NCBI GenBank assembly: GCA_044229145.1 | Contig: JBGATO010000115.1 | Location: 1-10,082 of the forward strand | DNA from: Candidatus Eiseniibacteriota bacterium | GTDB lineage: Bacteria > Eisenbacteria > RBG-16-71-46 > CAZEPH01 | Length of the DNA stretch: 10,082 bases | Reading direction: 5' to 3' | Shown here: positions 1 through 5,326 of the stretch, in pieces | How positions within the stretch are numbered: position 1 is the first letter of the stretch | Layout of the letters: the number at the start of each line of letters is the position of its first letter | The notes under the pieces: generated by a model | Database searches by the model: none | What the model saw: the letters and a program-made list of their open reading frames with translations, nothing else | What the model was told of the DNA's origin: nothing | Program-made: the position numbers and the translations under genes

Positions 1-2
1 GC

Positions 3-473
3 CTAGAACGGAATGTCGTCGTCCGACGGGAAGCCGCCACCGCCGCCGGTCATGTCGTCCATCGGCGGGGCGCCGGCCATCGCCATGTCGTCCTCGAAGC
101 CGCCACCCATCGCGGCGCCGCGGCCACCGCCGCCGCCGCCACCGCCACCTCCGAGCATCGTCATCTGGTTGCAGATGATCTCGGTGGTGTAGCGCTTCTG
201 GCCGTTCTTGTCGGTCCAGTCGCGGGTCTGCAGGCGTCCTTCGATGTACACCGTGCGGCCCTTGCTGAGGTACTGCTTGCAGATCTCCGCGGTGCGGCCG
301 AAGCACACGACGCTGTGCCACTCGGTCCGCTCCTGCCGCTCGCCGGTCTTGCTGGGAATGCGCTCCGTGGTCGCGATGCGCAAGTTGGCGATCGGCGTGC
401 CGCCGTTCGAGAACCGCACCTCCGGGTCCGCGCCGAGATTACCGATCAGAATCACCTTGTTGACGCCTGCCAT
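3..473 (-). CDS. ssb: single-stranded DNA-binding protein (156 aa)
   Basis: Starts [22 protein letters not shown]-fold motifs [12 protein letters not shown] and [19 protein letters not shown]; Gly-rich linker; acidic DDDIPF tip. AGGAGG RBS at 478-483 (minus strand) fixes the ATG at 473. Confidence 0.98.
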   Translation of the reverse strand: MAGVNKVILIGNLGADPEVRFSNGGTPIANLRIATTERIPSKTGERQERTEWHSVVCFGRTAEICKQYLSKGRTVYIEGRLQTRDWTDKNGQKRYTTEIICNQMTMLGGGGGGGGGGRGAAMGGGFEDDMAMAGAPPMDDMTGGGGGFPSDDDIPF

Positions 474-500
474 GCTGCCTCCTCTACGTGCCACCCGTGG

Positions 501-514
501 CGAACGTACGTCCT
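501..514. promoter_or_regulatory. candidate LexA (SOS) box upstream of ssb
   Basis: CGAACGTACGTCCT versus the Gram-positive-type consensus CGAACRNRYGTTCG (GAAC-N4-GTTC core with 1 mismatch). Lies between a minus-strand TATGCT -10-like hexamer (527-532) and the ssb RBS. Confidence 0.35.
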
Positions 515-574
515 CGGGGGACACACAGCATACACGAGGGGTCCGACAGTCGCGCCGCGCGCCGCCGCGCGCGC

Positions 575-1234
575 CTACCGGGCGTAGAGGTTCTTGATCG
601 CCCCCCACGAGGTGGCCCGCACCGCGGCCGTCCCCGTCTGATCGAAATCGATGTTGTCGACGCCGACGTTCCAGGTGTTCCCCACCCGCAAGGTCAGCGG
701 CCCCGGCGCGATGACGCCCACCGCCACGTGCGTATGCGTGCGGACACACGGATCGGACAACGGCACGCAGCAGTACGCCGTGACCGCCTGCGAGAAGAGC
801 AGCGCGCCGTTGCGGTCGCGCACCTCGATGGGCTGGGCGCCTTGATCGACGTTGAACCCCGCCACGTCGAAGCCGTTGATGCGGATCTGCACACCCTCCG
901 GTGCGTCGAAGACGTACTCCGCGAACGCGCCCGCGTTGGTGACCGAATATGCGATATTGCCAAGGTCTCCATAGCCACCACCCCACGTCGCCACGCACCC
1001 GCAGGCGAGACTGTCGGTGGCAATCATCCGGCTGCCATACGAGACCACCACGTCGGGCGTCCAGCCATTACCCTGCTCGTAGTTCCCCCAGTACATGGAC
1101 GCGGCGACGACGTTGTCGCCATACTGCTCGTAGAGGATGCCGGGGACAGGAACCACGTCGAAGGTCAGGATGGTTGCGACCGACTGCGTCGCCATGAGGC
1201 ACGACATGAAGATCAGGAGCAGGAGCAAGCGCAT
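575..1234 (-). CDS. secreted hypothetical protein (219 aa) with C-terminal SWGxIKxLY tail
   Basis: Signal peptide [28 protein letters not shown] at about 1244-1248 (minus strand); beta-rich extracellular-type body (TILTFD...[10 protein letters not shown]...NVGVDNIDF); ends [18 protein letters not shown]. Confidence 0.85.
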   Translation of the reverse strand: MRLLLLLIFMSCLMATQSVATILTFDVVPVPGILYEQYGDNVVAASMYWGNYEQGNGWTPDVVVSYGSRMIATDSLACGCVATWGGGYGDLGNIAYSVTNAGAFAEYVFDAPEGVQIRINGFDVAGFNVDQGAQPIEVRDRNGALLFSQAVTAYCCVPLSDPCVRTHTHVAVGVIAPGPLTLRVGNTWNVGVDNIDFDQTGTAAVRATSWGAIKNLYAR

Positions 1235-1289
1235 GGCGGATGTCCTCCGGTAGGGGGCGCGGGGAGGCTGCGACGAGAAGGCACCTCGG

Positions 1290-1317
1290 AGAATACTACG
1301 CCCATCGGCGGTGTCCA
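1290..1317 (-). promoter_or_regulatory. candidate sigma70 promoter for the 575-1234 gene
   Basis: Minus strand TGGACA (1317-1312), 16 nt spacer, TATTCT (1295-1290); back-to-back with the tRNA promoter. Confidence 0.45.
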
Positions 1318-1330
1318 TCTGGTCGCAGCC

Positions 1331-1359
1331 TTGACTTTGCCGCCGGGAGCCCCTACTCT
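1331..1359 (+). promoter_or_regulatory. sigma70 promoter of the tRNA-Pro/tRNA-His operon
   Basis: TTGACT (1331-1336), exactly 17 nt, TACTCT (1354-1359), about 55 nt upstream of tRNA-Pro. Confidence 0.75.
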
Positions 1360-1412
1360 CCCCCTCTTCACAGACGGCGTGCCGCAGTTTGGCGACCCTG
1401 TCGACGAGAGTC

Positions 1413-1489
<77 letters not shown>

Positions 1490-1541
1490 CTTAGCCGTAT
1501 ACGGATCGGTTGGCGGCCGGCCCGTCTGTTCGTGCATTGCT

Positions 1542-1618
1542 GGTGGATGTAGCTCAGTAGGTAGAGCACCGGACTGTGGCTCCGGTTGTCGCGGGTTCGA
1601 TCCCCGTCATCCACCCCA
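1542..1618 (+). tRNA. tRNA-His (anticodon GTG)
   Basis: Encoded G-1 (1542) opposite C73; acceptor stem GTGGATG/CATCCAC; anticodon arm CCGGA-CT-GTG-GC-TCCGG; T-loop GGTTCGATCCC; encoded CCA. Confidence 0.98.
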
Positions 1619-1627
1619 GCTCTTCCG

Positions 1628-1660
1628 TGAGGCCGCGCGCTGCCGCGGCCTCAAGTTTTT
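1628..1660 (+). terminator. intrinsic terminator of the tRNA operon
   Basis: Perfect 10-bp stem TGAGGCCGCG/CGCGGCCTCA with a 6-nt loop, followed by AGTTTTT, 10 nt after the tRNA-His CCA. Confidence 0.8.
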
Positions 1661-1678
1661 CCCGCCGCCGTCCGACAC
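1650..1678 (+). promoter_or_regulatory. candidate sigma28 (FliA)-type promoter 1
   Basis: CTCAAG-N15-TCCGACAC; TCAAGTTT resembles the extended sigma28 -35 TAAAGTTT and TCCGACAC resembles the -10 GCCGATAA. Confidence 0.5.
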
Positions 1679-1790
1679 CTCCTGACGTGGTACTCGACCT
1701 CCCTCAACGTTGCCCCATCGGCACCCCTCCGATGACGACGACCGTGGTCGGCTCGACACGATGGTCATTCCCTCGGAAGGAGAACGACGC

Positions 1791-2096
1791 ATGTCTGCAC
1801 TCGGCATCATCGGCGCCCGCCAAAACTTCTTTGCCACCCACGCCCAGAAGCGCGCGGACCACTTGAACGCCGTCGCCGATCACCTGAACGACGTCTCGGC
1901 CACGCTGTCGGCGCGCGGCAAGGACGGTGCGGCGGAGAACGTCGCGCACGTCGCTGCCCGCGTCACCACGCGCGCCGCCCGCATCGAGATCGCGTACACC
2001 AATCACCAGCCGGCGAGTGTGCCGCCGGCTACCGACGGCGACGCCGACGGCCAGGGCGCCTCCGGCATCGGCTCGATCGTGGACGTCTCCGGATAG
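1791..2096 (+). CDS. small hypothetical protein A (101 aa) with C-terminal GxxVDVxG motif
   Basis: AAGGAG RBS at 1777-1782; GC3-rich codons; helical Ala-rich core with an ADHLNAV/ADHLNDV repeat; ends GIGSIVDVSG. Confidence 0.75.
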   Translation: MSALGIIGARQNFFATHAQKRADHLNAVADHLNDVSATLSARGKDGAAENVAHVAARVTTRAARIEIAYTNHQPASVPPATDGDADGQGASGIGSIVDVSG

Positions 2097-2258
2097 CTCC
2101 CCCTGTCGCGGCGGATGGCACGGCCTCCGACATCGCGATTCGCCTCCGAGCGAGGCCGACATTCTCCGCACATCCGGCGCGCCGGTCCGCAAGGGCCGGC
2201 GTGCTGTGTTCCACCCGCGCGGATTCGCCCGACTCGCGCCCCGCGTCGCGACGCGGCG

Positions 2259-2287
2259 CTCAAGCGCGGGCGTCCCGCCGTCGACGA
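2259..2287 (+). promoter_or_regulatory. candidate sigma28 (FliA)-type promoter 2
   Basis: CTCAAG-N15-GTCGACGA, same spacing as promoter 1; preceded by the 16-bp perfect palindrome CCGCGTCGCGACGCGG (2241-2256). Confidence 0.45.
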
Positions 2288-2350
2288 TGACAACGGAGAC
2301 CGCCGCGCCGGCATCACCCGCCGCGACGGTCCGGCGCCCGGAGTTCGGAC

Positions 2351-2581
2351 ATGTCGACGACCGTGACCAGCACCACCACCCCATCGGCCTACGCCAAGCA
2401 CCGCAAGTCGGCGGTGGATCGCCTCAACGAGGCGAATGCGGCCGCGCGCGCCCCGAAGCACCGCAAGATCACCGGCCACGCGCGCAAGGTGCCATTCGTC
2501 CAGCAACCGCAGAGCGCCAATCCCTTCCAACTCGCCACGATGTTGCGGTCGACCGGCACCACGGTCGACGTCTACGCCTAG
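2351..2581 (+). CDS. small basic hypothetical protein B (76 aa) with C-terminal GxxVDVYA motif
   Basis: GGAG RBS at 2340-2343; GC3-rich codons; Ser/Thr-rich N-terminus; duplicated KHRK; ends STGTTVDVYA. Confidence 0.75.
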   Translation: MSTTVTSTTTPSAYAKHRKSAVDRLNEANAAARAPKHRKITGHARKVPFVQQPQSANPFQLATMLRSTGTTVDVYA

Positions 2582-2628
2582 CCGTTCCGCGCGAAAACGC
2601 CCGCGCCCCGCTCGCCCCGCGCCCAATC

Positions 2629-2657
2629 CTCCAGCCCACACGGGCGGGCGACGATGT
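2629..2657 (+). promoter_or_regulatory. candidate sigma28 (FliA)-type promoter 3
   Basis: CTCCAG-N15-GACGATGT, same spacing as promoters 1 and 2. Confidence 0.45.
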
Positions 2658-2761
2658 CTTTCCCGAGGGCCCTCGGGTCCTCGCACTTCGCGCCGACCCC
2701 ACCTCCGCGCGACGTCGCCACCACCCCGTGCCGGGGACGGTGTGACTGGGAGGAGGTCTGC

Positions 2762-3040
2762 ATGTCGGAAAACCTGAGCGTTCGCCCTGCCCAATTGCGG
2801 CCCGCGGCCCGCGCCGAGAAGATCGAGCACGTCGCCGCGCAGGTCGAAAAGTCCACTCCCGCACTGGCGGCCAACGGCCGCGTGGTGGCGCCCGAACGCA
2901 CGCTCAAGTCCGCCGACAAGCTCGATGCGCGCACCAAGGTCGTGCGTGCGGCCGCGACTGCCGCCGGGCGCGCCGGATCCTACGGCGACACGCCAGAGGT
3001 GTCCGGCAAGGGCCGTCGCGTCGACATCCGCGTTTACTAA
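2762..3040 (+). CDS. small hypothetical protein C (92 aa) with C-terminal GxxVDIRV motif
   Basis: AGGAGG RBS at 2751-2756; GC3-rich codons; ends SGKGRRVDIRVY; followed by a strong hairpin. Confidence 0.8.
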   Translation: MSENLSVRPAQLRPAARAEKIEHVAAQVEKSTPALAANGRVVAPERTLKSADKLDARTKVVRAAATAAGRAGSYGDTPEVSGKGRRVDIRVY

Positions 3041-3057
3041 ACGCCCCCTCGCCCCGC

Positions 3058-3089
3058 CGTGCCGGGGAGCCTTCGGGCTCTCCGGCACG
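3058..3089 (+). terminator. stable hairpin (terminator or 3' end stabiliser) after small gene C
   Basis: 14-bp stem CGTGCCGGGGAGCC/GGCTCTCCGGCACG (one G-U pair) with a cUUCGg tetraloop; no U-tract. Confidence 0.65.
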
Positions 3090-3332
3090 CACACCTCAAC
3101 GGTTCCCTCCGCTTCGACCTTGGTCGGCTTGTATCAGGGGCCGCCGGCCGTGCATCTTCTCCTTGTTCGCCCTGCGTGCCTGGTTCTCCCGATCCGGGTG
3201 GCGCGAGCCCGTCACCGTGCATCCCCGCACGGCGGCCGTATCGCCTCTTTTCCTCTCCGCTGTCGACACACGCCACTCTCGTGTCCGGCTCCGGCCGGCG
3301 CCCTCTCGCCTCGCGAAGTGGAGGATTCACCC

Positions 3333-5101
3333 ATGCGTTCCTCGCAATGGTCGCCGTTCGCCGCGCTGTGTGCGGCCGCGGTCCTCACGCCGGCGGCATT
3401 GGCCGGTCCCCCCGCCTCGACGTATGTCGCCGATTTCGTCTCCACCGCCGCCAGCGGCGTGGCGATGAACGGCGCCGGTGACGTCATCGGCACCTCGTAC
3501 ACGGACACCGGCTGTGGCTCCTTCTGCCTGCCGCCGCAGGAAACCGTGGTGTGGAAGAACGGCGTGCGCACCGTCCTCCCGACCGTGCCGGGTCTGAGCG
3601 GCATCACGGTGCGCGGCATCAACGCATACGGATGGATCGCCGGGTACGCGGGACTCAACGGCACGACGACGCACGCGGTGGTGTGGAAGCCGAACGGCGC
3701 CGGCTACACGGCGATCGACCTCGGCACGTTGCCGGGCACCACGATCTCCTCGGCCATCGGCATCGATGACCAGGGACGCGTGGTGGGCTTCTGTTCCACG
3801 TTGTCGTTCCCGCCGACCAGCGCACCGTTCCTGTGGACCGAAGCAGGCGGCATGGTGAACTTGGTGAGCCAGGGCTATCCCGCGGACGCGCCGCTGGCGA
3901 TGAGCAATGGCGGCATGGTGGCCACCTGGAACGCCTCCTACTCGCTCTCCTCACCGGCGAGCGTAACCTACCTGCCGGCGGCCCCGAGCGGCTTCCAACT
4001 AGTGGCCGACACGCCGGCGATCAACGATGACGGCGAACAGGCGCGCTGGCTCGCCACCACCACGTCGCAAGCGTTGCGCTACTTGTTCCGCTTCCAGCAC
4101 GCCACCGGCACATGGCAGCAGGTGTCATTCCTCGGCAATGGCAACTTGCAGCCCTACGGCATCGGGTCGATCAATGCGAGCGGCGACATCACCGCCACCG
4201 AGGGCGGCGCGGCCCGCATCGCGTGGGGCCCGACGGGTCTCGCCGAGTCGCTGGCGCCATACGTCTCCGGCGCCTACAAGGGCGCGGTGCTCAGCTTCGC
4301 TGGTACGCAGAACAGTGAAGGCCAAATCCTCGCGCAGATGTTCATCGGCAACAGCCCGCGCTTGGTGCGCTTGACGCCGGCGGACCCGTGTCTGGCGAGC
4401 TGTCTGCGCGTCAGCACAATCCAGTTCGGCGCCCGCTTCGTGCAGGACCCGCGATTCCCCGGCCAGTGCTTCCAGGGCGGCCGCATGTACAACGCCGCGA
4501 AGGCCAACGTGACCGTCACCAACGAAGCGGGCGTCAAGCAGAGCGGCGCGGTGGTGACCGCGCGTTTCCTCGACGACTACTGGACGAATGCCGTGGTCAC
4601 CGGCACCACCAACAGCAAGGGCGCGGTGACCTTCTCGTTCAAGGGACTGTGCGGCACCGGCGCGATCGGCTTCGTGGTCGACAGCGTGGTGAAGGGCGTG
4701 TCGAGCTTCGACCGCACGATCGGCACGCTGGTGGCGTCGGCGATTCCGGCTGCGGCGCCGGCGGGCGCGGACGGCCCGTCGCTGCTCGCGGACATGGCGC
4801 CGGCAACCGACATGCCGGAGGTGGCCGCATCGGCGCTGACCCTCGTCGCGCCGGTCGCCGATGCCGGCCGCACCGTGCTCTCGTTCACGCTTCCGGATGC
4901 GTGCGGGGCGTCGCTGCGCCTCTACGACACGCAGGGCGCGCTGGTAGCGACGTTGGCGGACGGTCCGCACGCCGCCGGCCGTCACACGCTCGAGTGGCGA
5001 CAGACGATGACCGGCGGACAGCGTGCGCCGCGCGGCGTGTACTGGGCGCGCCTCGACGCCTGCGGCGAGTCGCCAGCACCGCGGTCGCGCTCGTGCGCTA
5101 G
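3333..5101 (+). CDS. secreted protein with HAF-type extracellular repeats, an Ig-like domain and a C-terminal FlgD-Ig/T9SS-like domain; apparent 1-nt frameshift at about 5069 (about 589 aa if repaired)
   Basis: GGAGGA RBS at 3320-3325; signal peptide MRSSQWSPFAALCAAAVLTPAALA; repeats such as DLGTLPGTTISSAIGIDDQGRVVG and GINAYGWIAG...HAVVW; CTD TVLSFTLP...LRLYDTQGALVATLADG...GRHTLEW...GVYWARL. The expected terminal strand VASTAVALVR* is in another frame ending at TAG 5099-5101; the uncorrected ORF runs on to 5723. Confidence 0.8.
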
Positions 5102-5130
5102 TCACCGCACCAGACGTCGCACACGCGGCG

Positions 5131-5159
5131 GCGGCGGAGAGCTTCGCGCTCTCCGCCGC
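5131..5159 (+). terminator. stable hairpin after the HAF-repeat gene
   Basis: Perfect 12-bp stem GCGGCGGAGAGC/GCTCTCCGCCGC with loop TTCGC, 30 nt after TAG 5101; no clear U-tract. Confidence 0.6.
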
Positions 5160-5326
5160 TCTGCGTTGCAGTCTGCGCCTTCGGACGCGGCCGACGCGCT
5201 GCAATCGTCGCCGTTGCCGGACACGCCGCGAAAGCGGATCGTGGATGAGTTGTCCGCCCCCCAGTGCATCGGTCATTCCGGTCGCGCCTGCCGCGACGCG
5301 CGAACTCCCCATTCGTGGAGACGATC

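Noticed and set aside
33..152. CCG/CCA trinucleotide runs as a repeat element
   Set aside because: They encode the ordinary Gly-rich linker of SSB.
474..998. 175-aa N-terminal extension of SSB in the ORF track
   Set aside because: It overlaps the 575-1234 gene in another frame, is Arg/Gly-rich shadow sequence, and a strong RBS precedes ATG 473.
1703..3120. Extra CTCAAC hexamers (1703-1708 and 3095-3100) as further sigma28 promoters
   Set aside because: The distance to the nearest NNCGA element is 19 and 12 nt rather than the 15 nt seen in the three accepted sites.
3090..3332. Pyrimidine-rich 240-nt intergenic region with a repeated CCGTGCATC as an ncRNA
   Set aside because: Only short stems expected by chance at this GC content; no recognisable RNA family motif.
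5218..5260. c-di-GMP-I riboswitch suggested by the GAAA-capped stem
   Set aside because: The flanking GGCAAAC and GACGCAAAGC consensus segments are absent.
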